A DNA stretch of 64,000 bases from Callorhinchus milii (lineage: Eukaryota), in assembly GCF_018977255.1 (NCBI RefSeq), contig NW_024704756.1:13578001-13642000 (forward strand), given 5' to 3'. This document shows, piece after piece, positions 1 to 11,444 of the stretch; the first letter of the stretch is position 1, and each line of letters opens with the position of its first letter. Position numbers and translations under genes: made by a program. The notes beneath the pieces were generated by a model, which was given only the letters and a program-made list of their open reading frames with translations, ran no database searches and was not told the DNA's origin.

Positions 1-64
1 AGTCTGATAGGGCTGCTCACTGCTTAGCGTCAGGGGAGGAGGCAGGACTGCTATAGCACTCAGT

Positions 65-124
65 CACACACACACACAGACAGACAGACCAGACAAGACA
101 AGACAAGACAGACAGACAGACAGA
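65..124. repeat. compound microsatellite (CA)n-(CAGA)n-(CAAGA)n
   Basis: Direct reading of the tandem units. Confidence 0.9.
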
Positions 125-280
125 GGGAGATGGCGAAAAAGGGGCATGTGCTCTGCTCAGTGGGCAAGGGCACTTATCACAAGCGTTCTGGGCCTCGTAG
201 TCCATCGCCAGTGAAAGGCGCTGTGTTTGCGAATGCTAATTTTTATGGCTAATCCGGTAGGTGGTGGGGGGGGGGGGACG

Positions 281-397
281 TTCCCTGTAGCGTTGCGCCC
301 ATCGCCCTCGCGAGCCGGAGGACCCCGGGTTCGATTCCCGGCGGGGCGAAAACCTTAGGCAAGTTTCCTTACTCCACGCACGCACGCACGCACGCAT
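281..397 (+). mobile_element. tRNA-derived SINE head only, ending in (GCAC)n
   Basis: B box GGGTTCGATTCCC at 327-339, then GGGGCGAAAACCTTAGGCAAGTTTCCTTACTCCAC shared with the SINE at 26780. Confidence 0.8.
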
Positions 398-414
398 ACG
401 GCCCTTTGTTTGCT

Positions 415-527
415 TAAGAGCATAAGAAATGCCGGACGAATAAGGACCAAGGTCCATCTGGTTCGCTTTCCACCTTCCTGGTGGTCGCATGCACACGGGT
501 GCCGAAGTACCACTCAGAACATAAGAA
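415..527 (-). mobile_element. CR1 LINE 3' tail fragment
   Basis: CATAAGAA terminal repeats and GACCAAGGTCC...TCGCATGCAC segment shared with copies at 3395, 23718 and 36403. Confidence 0.75.
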
Positions 528-589
528 AACTTAGCAGTAGATTGTTGGTCGATTGGCAGTAATAATCTCACACACCAATTCCGATGTGT

Positions 590-860
590 ACCTATCCGGC
601 TGTCCCTGCTGAGATAATGCGTGCTGAGGTCAGGTGGGAATAGGATCTGGATGGGCTGTGATCACCTCCCACACCCCCTTGCTGACTCCACTCGAATGGC
701 CTGCCAACACTCACTGCCAAGACTCAAGTGTATGTAAAGAGTCACCACTTGGGCCAAGTCTCGGAGGGTGAGCAGAGTCTGTGGAACTGGATCCTGTTAG
801 AAGGAATCAGTGCCTTCAGCAGAGGCAGGAATGGGAGAAAATCAGGGAGTAAAATAAACA
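590..860 (+). mobile_element. old SINE body, family 3 (LmeSINE-like; name from memory)
   Basis: GCCTGCCAACACTCACT...CCACTTGGG segments recur in about ten copies in the window. Confidence 0.65.
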
Positions 861-1974
861 AACCCAACACACGCACACATGTTCTATGCTGCAGACTTGG
901 CAGTCCTTTTGGCTTGTCTGGCTCTGCTTAATTACAGAGGACTATGCATCTCTCAGAATAATTTAACACCATGTGCAATACAGTACGGACCGCAATTAGT
1001 GCAATATCCATTTCATTTGAAGCTGTTAACATAGCCCATCAAAATGGGGGGAGGAAACACTTTCAATGTAGAATACTCCCACCAGGAATGTATTTAGAAT
1101 GCATCTGCTCTGCAAAGGTCTCCACGATAACAAGTCTTTAACTTTCACTTGAAAAGCTGGATCAGCATTCAGGAGTGGGAAGGCTGCAAATCCTCACCAC
1201 CTTAATTTGCAGCCTGTGGAGATAGATGCACCTGTCAGATGCATTATCTGAGAGTGTCTTTTCTCCAGCTGGAGGAGACCGTATTGGAACTTTCTACAAG
1301 GCGGTTTGTAAACTCGCGTAAAACTCTTCAGTTCTGCACTTTGTCAGAACCTGAACAAAAAAAGACTAAACTCAAACCAAGGCATCTAACATCACAACTT
1401 AGACTTCTGAATAATGTGTCTGGGCACAGCAGAGTTCTGTAGCAATCCCGCCCCATGCTTAATAGAAATTAAGAGGACTCAACAACTTGGATTTACATAA
1501 CGCTCACCACGCAGAGTAGGGTCCCTGAATGCTTGAAAGTAATCACCAAGTAAGGATTTGCAATTAAAAAGCAAGTAAATATATTGCTAAAGGGGAAAAA
1601 GGAAATCTGACTTTATGCTGTTCATTTGCACAGGTCCCAAACCTTGCCAGTAAATTGCTCTTAAGCTATTTGCTTTTTACGAAATCTGCAGAAGGAAAGG
1701 TTTGTGGGGATGGGATGTCATTGCATTGTGCCACAAGGGGAGGATGAGGGCTCTCAGCCTTGGGTTTCCATGTGGTAAATCTGCAGTCTCAGCCAATGTC
1801 AGGAAGGAGGCAAGGGGAAGGAGACACAGGAAAGACAGAAAAAAACTCAAAGCAGATTATCTAGGATGTACAGTTCCCCAATTGGTCAGCAAATGTATTC
1901 AGTGAGTAACTGCCAGGGAATTTCCCAGGTATTAAAAGATGCTTCAATTAGGTCAGACCTTAAAATAAATCATA

Positions 1975-2379
1975 AATAATCCTTGCATTTGATACAGTGC
2001 CTTTCCCATCAGGAGGATGTCTCAAAGCATTTCACAGGATTTTATGTGAAGTAAGGCCAAGCTGCACTCAGCAATGTCCCACAGATAGTCGTGAAATGAA
2101 TGTCCAGTTTTATCTGGGGGATTGTCAGGTGAGAAACTGGGGAAAAATCTCTTCTTTTTGAATAGGTGCCACGGGATCTTTAATATCCACCCGAACAGGC
2201 AAACAAGTCCTCGATTTAATGTTTCATCGAATGGATGGCACCTCCAAACAATATAGTGCACCGATTGGTGCTGCAATGGAGTGTCACCCAAGACTATGCA
2301 AGTTCAACGTCCTGTGGGGCTTGAACCCACAGTTTTCTGACAGAGAGGCAAGAGTGCTACCACCACAGCCAGCTGACAC
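1975..2379 (-). mobile_element. Deu-domain SINE (SacSINE1-like), near full length
   Basis: tRNA-like head (GTAGCACTCTTGCC...GGGTTCAAGCCCC), Deu-like core GGTGGATATTAAAGATCCCGTGGCAC, L2-type tail ATCAAATGCAAGGATTATT. Confidence 0.85.
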
Positions 2380-2599
2380 TTTTTCGGGTACTTGAAGCAC
2401 ATTCTGAAAAAAACCATTTAACACAATCTTGAAACTAAGTATACACTTTTTTTTAAACAAATATAGAAGAAACATTGGGGTAAATATTTCATTTTTTTAA
2501 AAAAAGATTTCTTAATTAAGATTCAGAAACTCCACTCTACGTTTATCTGTTTCAGCCTAGACAGCGTCAAACAAAAAGAATGGCCAATTAGGTGAGGTA

Positions 2600-2735
2600 C
2601 CACAGGGCTACCAGAGTTGTGGAACCTTCACAGAGTTGAATGAAATGGGAGTCAAAAATGCTTTGAAGAGAGGAGAAAGTTGGTGAGAGAAAAAAAATAA
2701 ATTGGGAGCAGGTCATCTGTTGAACTTCCTGCCTG
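2600..2735 (+). mobile_element. degenerate CR1 3' fragment
   Basis: AGAGTTGTGGAACCTT...CTGTTGAACTTCCT resembles the CR1 ORF2 end and 3' UTR. Confidence 0.4.
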
Positions 2736-3394
2736 GGGAGGAATGTCTGAAAGAGAGGTCAACAATTGAACAAAAATACAGCTAAAGGAAGAAAAGTAAC
2801 CTGTGGTAAACTTTTATATTAAAAAAAAGTCAAAGCAGACGTTGTCCGACAGCTGACAGTCAGATATTTGATATACGGGCAAAAGGGTAGGAGCTGACCT
2901 TAGATCGCTGCGACTGCATTGCAGCTGGAGCACAAAACATGCTTCGGAGAGGAACAGCGTACTGCTCACATCCATTTGGCAGAGAGAAATTAGCATGAAA
3001 CCCCCACACATGGAACAAACTTGCATTTCTGGCCAGTCTGTGCTTATCAGACTTACTGTCAAAAATGCAGTTCTCATAATTATTTCAATGGGAGCTAAAG
3101 AAGGCAGCCACTGAAATTTATCTCGGCTGCTGATGTTATTCTTTATGAGGATATTTAAGTTTTTTTTGCTTCCGAGATTGATATCCATAGCACATGCAGT
3201 TTGTGTATTTACTCCTCCTGACCTCTGCTCTTCATCTCAGGCTCTTGCTCAAGTGATTGGCAGGAACCCGAGGGCGAAGAGCAGAGGTCAACATGATACT
3301 GATATCACTCCCTGGCCCCCAAAAGTTAAACATCTTCAGAAGGATAGCACTCAGAACCAGGGCATGACTTCTAGGCTGCGATCAATGAGTAGAC

Positions 3395-3610
3395 TACATA
3401 GGACATAAGAACACAAAAATTTGCTAAGCGAAAGAAGACTACCTAATTCGCCTTCCACCATCCTGGCAGTCGCTTGACATGTCGTGTCCCAAACGATATA
3501 CTGTATCGTATCCTGAGATATTATTTTCTAGCAGAAACTAATCTAATTTGTTCTTGAAACAAATGACATTTTCTGCTTCCACCGTCTCCCTGAGGAGCCT
3601 GTTCCATAAA
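3395..3610 (-). mobile_element. CR1 LINE 3' end
   Basis: Homologous to the CR1 copy at 36403-36690; CATAAGAA tail. Confidence 0.85.
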
Positions 3611-3659
3611 TGCAATTGCCTGATGTAGGTGCAACCTAGGTCTTTTCTCTTTCCCTTCT

Positions 3660-3890
3660 CTCTCCTCCTTTCCCTTAGTGAGGAATGATTTCACAGGCAC
3701 AGCAAGCGTTCTGGTACCTCACCCAATTGATGTCCGTCTTCTCTGTGTTATTCTGAGTCAGGAGTCTGCTTGGCAGTGGGGAGCATCACAATTCAGTATG
3801 ATCCTGCCCTGACCCGATGTCCACACATTAGAACGCTTCAACAGGAGTCTATGGATAGATATCAGGAGCCAAGAACGTTCAACTGACACT
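3660..3890 (-). mobile_element. old SINE body, family 3
   Basis: Reverse complement of the family-3 segments GAGGTACCAGA, GTGTGGACATCGGG and GCTCCTGAT. Confidence 0.65.
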
Positions 3891-3999
3891 TTTCAATGAA
3901 GACTAAATCCCTTTTAAGTGCACGCGATTAAGCTTTTTGGGGGGTTTTGTTTTCTTAAATTTAATTCATTTAAATAGTTGCACAGGATTCACAAGTTTT

Positions 4000-4415
4000 C
4001 TTGAGTCACAATGCTATGGATTCAAGCCCTGTGTCAGGACTTTGAGGTCACTGTCGAGGCTGACACTCCAAGGCAAGGCTGGAGGGGACTGTGGCAATGT
4101 ATTGTTGGAGGTGCTGTACTTCTGATGAGATGTTAAACTGAGTTCCTGTCTGCCTGATCAGGTGAACATTAAAGATTCCATGGCACAATTCGAAAAGAAA
4201 AGGGAGTTCCATCCGATGTCTTGGCCAACAATGCCCCAGATAAAAAATAGTCATTTACTTAATGACGGTTTGTGGGACACTGCTGTGCAAACTGGCTGCT
4301 GTGTTTGATTTCAAATACACAGTCACTACACTTCACAATAAAAATGCCGTGAAGGAGGTTTGAGATGATGTGATAAGGCATTATATCAAATGTAAGGATT
4401 ATTAATATTAATAAT
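4000..4415 (+). mobile_element. Deu-domain SINE (SacSINE1-like)
   Basis: GGCTGACACTCCA...GATGAGATGTTAAAC...AAAGATTCCATGGCAC core plus shared tail. Confidence 0.85.
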
Positions 4416-6132
4416 AAGAAAAATACAAATGACACCATACAATTCAAATGACAAGGTATTAATATATAATGCACAATGAGGGGCTTAGCTTAGCTAATTT
4501 GATTCATTTGGATGGTACTTTCTCTGACAGGAGTGCGATCTTTCCTTATCTCCTGCGAGATCGCTGTTCCTACTTCATATATGCTCATGAAATGTGTCTC
4601 AAAATTGATCTACAGTACATCACAAAAGATAAATGCTTTGTGAACAAACTGCAATCACTGTGCTTTTTTTAAAAAAAAACCCAGACGGGGAAAACACAGG
4701 CCAGTACTATATTACAAAATCAATAACCAAAGGCAGCATCAGCTCATGGTCACTCTTGGCACAAATATTTTCTTACGCCGGTGTCCTGTCTTTGATTTTG
4801 TTTCCTTTGTGGGGGACTGTACTTTTGCTTTGCTTGTTTTTAATTTGCTTTGTGTCTTTTCGGAGGTGATGCATTGCGATGTGCCTGTGCTCTTAATTAG
4901 TGCTGACTGCATGGTGCTGCACGTTTCATTCACTTCAGATCTCACTCATTGTCTGGCAGTTATTGATCACATCATTTTCAAGCAAGTGAGACCCCACGTC
5001 AGACAGAATGAAAGCACCATCGCCATTTATTTTCTTTGAATGAGACTATCTACTGAAATGCCACTTAAGAGTTCTACATGGTTCCCACCCCCACCCCCGA
5101 CTAACCATTCTTTTGTCAATGACACAGGTCAGTTTTATGTTGAAATCAACCAGATCTTCACAGCACACTGAGATTAATGGAGCGGCAGTCCATCCCAAGG
5201 GAAGAGGAATATTCAGGGAGTGATTCTGGTGAAAGCAGTGTGAAAATACCAAGAAAAATCTACCTCTTATCTTTTTTTAAACTAAGCTTTCTATTTGTGT
5301 ACATGTGGTGAGCTTGCATCACATTGGTAAGGTTACTGTGTTTTTAGAATGAATTTTATGGATACAAACGGTAGTCAGTGGTTTCCCTAAGGGCTCGGTG
5401 GCAAAATGCTTGGGATGACAGTGCCTTGGGACGTCCTCCTGACGTGAAAGCCCCATACAAATGTAATTTGTGTTGTTGTTGAAACCAAGCCAATACAACT
5501 AGGGTTCAACTCTGTGGTTGCTATGTGTTGAACTGGTTAATTTCAACCAAAGTGTAAGAGGAAACTCTACAAATAACAAAATAATGCCAGTTGTCAGTTC
5601 TCAAATAACCATGTGCAATGTACTTCAACTTCTATGTTCACCCACAGAAATACCAAATATCTAATGGAACTAGGAGAAAAAAAGCATACCTTTATTAGAG
5701 TTAATATCTGTGCTTACAGGAAATACAATACACTACTGTTCATACTTGTTGTCCATTCACATATTTCAAAAAGTATACTTTTTTTATGGTGGGGGGAAGC
5801 AAGAGAGCAGTGGGGGGAGAAATACGTTTGTCGGAGGACATCAAGTCAGCTGTTTGGTCACACATAAAGATACACATCTAGAACAGAACTGTGATTAATA
5901 AAAGGCACAAGATACCCATTATGTATGTGCGGTGAAATCTAAAGATCATTGCGAGAAAAACAGATTGCAGAGCAAAGAGTGCCACAGGCATAGGTTAGCG
6001 CTTGTTCTCATTGATACACACTTTATTTTGCTTTGATCTATTTACTTTAGAGAGCTCAATTTCCAAAAACTGAAATAAATCTTGAGAGTTTTTTTGGTAA
6101 ACTTTCCTTGCTCTTAATACGTAACCCATTCG

Positions 6133-6159
6133 GTTACCACGGAGACAAGTCAAAGGTCA
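6133..6159 (+). promoter_or_regulatory. adjacent RFX X-box-like site and nuclear-receptor DR1 site
   Basis: GTTACCACGGAGAC immediately followed by AAGTCA-A-AGGTCA in unique sequence; motif match only. Confidence 0.3.
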
Positions 6160-8232
6160 GCCTTCTTCAAGGCAAGGATGGCTAAAGCAAACAGAACGCT
6201 TAGAAAATGTTTTAGATGTTTATTTTTACACGTAATTAGGTATTGAATAAAATATAACTTAATCTAGGTGGCAAACATAATATTTAATGGCTTCAAGAAC
6301 ATCGTAATATTCTTTGAACAGTGTAACTTCTCAAAGCTTGCTGCAGGCTATACAACAGATAACAAGAATTGACAAGTATTGTACGATCCTTGAGGGTCAC
6401 GTGATATTTCCCATCTGTGTGCACTTCTATCACTTATTCTTGACAATACCAAGATTCATCATGAGTTATTGCTTCCTAAATCAATGTAATCCAGAACATA
6501 ACATGTCAATGGCTTTCTTTGGTTTTTATGCAACATAGAATGGATTCTGTTTTATCCTTCGTTACATGACTGCATGTGCAACAGTGTTATTTTTCCATTA
6601 CTCTTAACCTTCGAAGTGTGGTTATTGTTTTTGTTTTAGAAAAATATTTGAAAGCTGTTTATACACCAACTTTATTTAAATACATAAGCTGATGGTAGAT
6701 CTCTGTGCTCTGCCACCTAATCACTCGACTGAAGCACTCGACCAGCCTAAATGGAACTTTCAGTGGAAATTGGTAGCACTTCATCCCCTTGATGGGTCAG
6801 TTAGCAAAAGTCATTCCCTGGTGTGACATTGAGTCATAAAGACGAGAAAGGATAGAGACTGAATCCCCAGTCTAAACTGAGTTATCTGATAGGAGTTGGG
6901 GAACTAAAATTAGCCTGGATTATGGAAAGGGGAAAATAATGTGCATATGTCCCACCAGCTTCTGTCTCTATATAAAATAAACCTTATTAATTCTTGTGAG
7001 ACCACTGTCATTATTATTACCCACCTTTCCAGCTCAGGAGGACATGCAAAGAGTGGAGCTGACAACATTGTGGAAATGTTAATACTGTAGTGACTGGCTC
7101 AGACTGCAGAACTATTGAAGCACTTGGTTTTTTAGAATGATGTGCATCAAAATAGGTAACATTTCGAACTAATAGTAACTGCACAACATACCAGTTTGAA
7201 ATATTGGTGCAATTCATATTACTGTGTTTGTACACCTACTCCTACTCACCTGGGTTTGCCTGGCATGTCTCTTCATAGCAAATTCGATCTCATGTAGATC
7301 CTACTAATCTCCTTCTCCATCCTCCCAAAAAAAGAACATTTCATCCTTTTTTTTTATCAACTTGAAAAGGCTGGAGAGCTGCATGAAACCATTAGGATTC
7401 AAACCCAGAGCCATCTGGGCAGTCACTAAACTACTAGGGAGGGTTGAGCTACTGGTGATGTGGCTTCTAATGAGTGGCACTCGGTGGATCTGATAGCTGA
7501 GGAGAAAGTAAAGCAATGAGGCAAAGAACACAGGGTGAAATTAACAATTGTGGCACCAGGTAACTGATGATCACTGCCCCTTGTGCCTGCGAAGACTCTA
7601 CACCAGAACTTCACACCATAAATCTGACCAAAGCGAGACATAATACACTACAAAAGTGCAAAGAAACTGCCTGAAAGAAAAGAAGCCGAAGGTGGTGGGA
7701 AGCAGTTGTCCTTTCCCCAAGATGTACTCTCCCAGCATCAATGCAACCTTACAGCTTATAAATAAATGTCTCATTAGTACAGTTCGGTAGAGGAAAAAAA
7801 TAGACACCCAGATGAAGAATATTGGAATGATAATCAGTAGATTATCAAGTACAAAGAGCTGTTCTAGGGCATGAGTTCCACCTTATCCATATATGATGTA
7901 TAACTAATCCCCAGTGCTCACAGAGATGAAGCAGCAATCTCCCTTTCTGATTGATTACAGTCCATTACATGAGCTGTCTCACAAGGTAGTTTTTAACCAT
8001 AGGGTGACTATGGATTAAAAAGTCTTCATAGAACTCAATTTATTTCACAGTAAAAGATTTTTTCCCCTGCATTTACTACAAAGTAAAAGTCCATCACAGT
8101 TGGCAGAGGTTCCACCCTTAAGGGAATTAGCAGCCATCAGAATAATGGTGCGGAGGTAAACAAGAGTGACTTTTTTAGATAGCAGTAATTAGGAACCTGG
8201 TTGTTAGTCGATTGGCAGATTATTTTCTGGGG

Positions 8233-8782
8233 ATAATAATCCCCCTCTCCATCCAGCCCTCCCAAAAAATAAATTGGTCCCTCACTCCACGACTGTTTGT
8301 GGGACACTGCTGTGCGCAATTAACTGCCATGTTTTCACACACAAATTACACAGTGAATCCACTTTACAATATACCTTATAATAATAATAATAATCCTTGC
8401 ATTTGATATAGCGCTTTTCACGTCTTCTCGACTTCTCAAAGTGCTTCACAGAATATACTGTAAAATGAATTGACTATATTTGTGGGTGAAACGCGGCAGC
8501 CAATTGCGTACAGCAATGTCCCACAAACAGTCGTGGATTGAAAATGACCAATTTATTATTGTGAAGCACTTTGAGATGTCTCAATGAAGTGATAAGGCGC
8601 TATATCAAATGCAAGGATTATCATTATTATTCACTCGGGTTGTCTCTTAAATTTTGTTTACCACCTATAAAACAGACAGTCACTACACTTTACAGAATAT
8701 CCGGTGAAGTATTTTGAGATGCCCTCCTTACGTGAAAGGCAATAAATCAAATGTAAAGATTATTATTTATTATTGTTATTAT
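8233..8782. mobile_element. SINE cluster: + copy split by a - copy of the same family, then another + tail
   Basis: + part 8233-8376, - copy 8377-8559, + part resumes TGTGAAGCAC 8560-8631, further tail about 8650-8782. Confidence 0.85.
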
Positions 8783-9954
8783 TTACATTCTGATACTGCA
8801 ACATTTTTACATTTTGTGGTGGTTATTCTGCTTTCAGGTCTGACACCCACAACGTTCTTTCACTCAGATTATGTTCCCTGATCACTGCAAATGCCACGAT
8901 AAACTGACTCGCGGAAAGTGCCGTAAGAGTGGTGCGATTTCTCTCCACCTCCCACCCCCCAACCCCCGATATTTTAGTCCCAGAAAATAAGTAATCTCAA
9001 GACATTTTCTCAACAGATGGGCTAAGTGGAGGAATTCTCTGGGCACTGCAGCACATGTTCCCAATTGTAAATGTCCTTTATTGTAGCAAGAGAGTAGAGC
9101 TGAGGAGTTGTGAGGAAGATGAGGGCAAAGTCCTATGAACAACCTAATACCAGCACAGCCAAATCGATTCTGAAGTTTATTTTATGGCTTAATTCTGTTG
9201 GTACTGGATTTCCCACATAGCTCTAACACATGTTTTCTATCATACGACATCTGCAAAAGTCATTTTCTGCAATTTTTTTCATATCAAATATGTGGAGAAA
9301 GAAATGCACAAAGGGATAGGGCATGTTTTTATCCTCTCTCTTGTTTACAAATGTAACTGGGCAGTTGGAGCCACATTCACGCTCAATGACTGGTTGTAAA
9401 TCACAGGGAGAAACATTCCACATTTAATAACAGAGTCAATGTGATATTGTGTTTCCAGTCAGTAGCAAAACCCTATTGGTTGTACCATGGTCTATTGCGC
9501 TTTGCTATAGGAAGGGGTACCAGAACATTGTATTCAATTTAGATTCTAAAAGATCAGAATGGTGCAACAGGCTCGAAGGGCTGAATGGCCTACTCCTGTT
9601 CCTATCCCTTCCCTCCCATTCTCTCACAAGCCATTGCATCACAGTTAAATGTCGAACACAGCCAGACACAGCCCTCAAGGAGAAAGAGAGCGAGAGGGTG
9701 GATTATCACCGGAGAACTACCCGAAGCTGACCTTGAACACCTTGTACTCCTCCAGGAGAGAAGTTATGAAGTGCTATTGGCACAAGCTTGGCATTATGTA
9801 CTCCACCCTGCTTTCTCAGCCAGGAGTTGGGAGGCCTAGGAAAGGGGAAGAGAGAAACCAAAACACATGAAAGAAAAATGGAAAATCAATTAATCGTGTT
9901 CTTTTGCTCCTACAATGTCTCGGTGAGTTTAATCATTGTAAAATTGAGCCATTG

Positions 9955-10540
9955 GTAGCAGGATGGTTCCAGATTCGATCCTCAGTCTGTGCTGAGCTAG
10001 TTGATCTCATTTGGTCCCAGGGCAAAACTATGGGCAAGTTTCCTTACTCTACACGCCTCATAATAATTCCTCCAAAACAATAATAAATTGGTCATTTTCA
10101 ATCCACGACTGTTTGTGGGGCGCTGCTGTGCACAATTGGCTACCGCGTTTCGCCCACAAATATGCAGTCAATTCACTTTACAGTCTATTCTGTGAAACGC
10201 TTTGAGACGTCGAGAAGACATGGAAAGCGCTATATCAAATGCAAGGAATATTATTATTATATTATATTAGATCTCGTGGGACTAGAATTATAACAACAAC
10301 CAAATCAGCAAGGCTACTTGCTCCTGATCATTATCCAATGTGTGTGTGGTGGACGGCAGGTGAGGACAGGGCTTAGCTGGTTTGACCTCTCCCCCTCCTC
10401 CCGTGATCAAATAGACCACCAACACTCAAGGATACACGCATGAATAATGGCCACTTACGCAAGGTCCTAAAAGGTGAACTATACTCGATGTAAGAAAAAG
10501 ATGTCAAATGCCTTCAGGAGAGAAGTGAAATTGGAAGGAA
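9955..10540 (+). mobile_element. old family-3 SINE interrupted by a younger SINE
   Basis: TTCGATCC-TCAGTCTGTGCTGAGCTAGTTGATCTC head; body resumes at about 10270. Confidence 0.75.
10011..10269 (+). mobile_element. 5'-truncated tRNA-Ala SINE (SINE2-1_CM-like)
   Basis: Matches 26850-27110; flanked by GATCTCAT/GATCTCGT duplication. Confidence 0.9.
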
Positions 10541-11395
10541 AAACATTAAATGCTGTTAATTTATTTCATATCACAATATCCATACTGTACTTATTTGATC
10601 TGACTGACCTGTGATTTTTAAAATATATATTCCAGGCAGCACTTGATCATAGTATCCTGTCATGTTGATGGTAAATATAACCAAAACAATGCGATGTGGC
10701 AAAGTTATATTGTGACATTACATATGTAGCAATGCTGCGTGACCCTGACTATGAGTTGGGCAGGCTCCTGTGATATTTGTGCTGGGTTCATTGCACAACG
10801 GAGATAGATTCAGAATAAAACCAACCAGAGCTCAGCAAGAACATTTCTGTGCCAGTTCCTTAACAGCAGCGTTCACACTACCAACTTCATACACTTGCCA
10901 AGAGTTTTCAATTCACTGACCTGAATCTTCACTTGTAAGATTATTATGCGCTGCATAAACCCTTCCCTTCACAACAAATACTCTTTAAATTACTCTTTTC
11001 CTGGCACGAAGAATCATCTCACTCCTCAAACCTTCCACTCCCACCAGTCTACCCAACCACAGTGATAGTCATAGCCTACACCCTGAATGTTTTTCATGAA
11101 TCACTGGCAAGCTTCCAACTTCATACAGAATGGCCTGAATAATGTACTGCTTTCATACAAAGTTGGGAATATAAACAAGGTTTAAAATCCTCTATGAAAA
11201 TTTGGTAGTTTGAAAGTACTATGACAAACAAGCTCAAAACCAATGGAGAGAATCTGAGTCCCAGTTTCAGGAATCATTTTCAGATTTCCCTTCCCTTTGG
11301 TTGAGCTGTTTATTTTTTTAGCCATATTATCTCTTTTGTAAAACCTCTATTGCTTTCCCTAAGCACTTCGTGCCTTCCATCAAGTCTTGACGGAC

Positions 11396-11444
11396 AACCA
11401 TCAGTGCTGGAAAGGACTCGATAACCATCAGTGCTGGAAAGGAC
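11396..11444. repeat. 22-bp perfect direct repeat with 5-bp spacer
   Basis: AACCATCAGTGCTGGAAAGGAC x2. Confidence 0.9.

Noticed and set aside
4529-4571. Short hairpin GCGATCT/AGATCGC; similar ones at 20560-20580 and 54602-54624
   Set aside because: Stems of 7-9 bp are expected by chance or come from microsatellites; too short for pre-miRNA.
11396-11444. CRISPR-like repeat-spacer
   Set aside because: Only two repeats, a 5-nt spacer and a vertebrate context with no cas genes.
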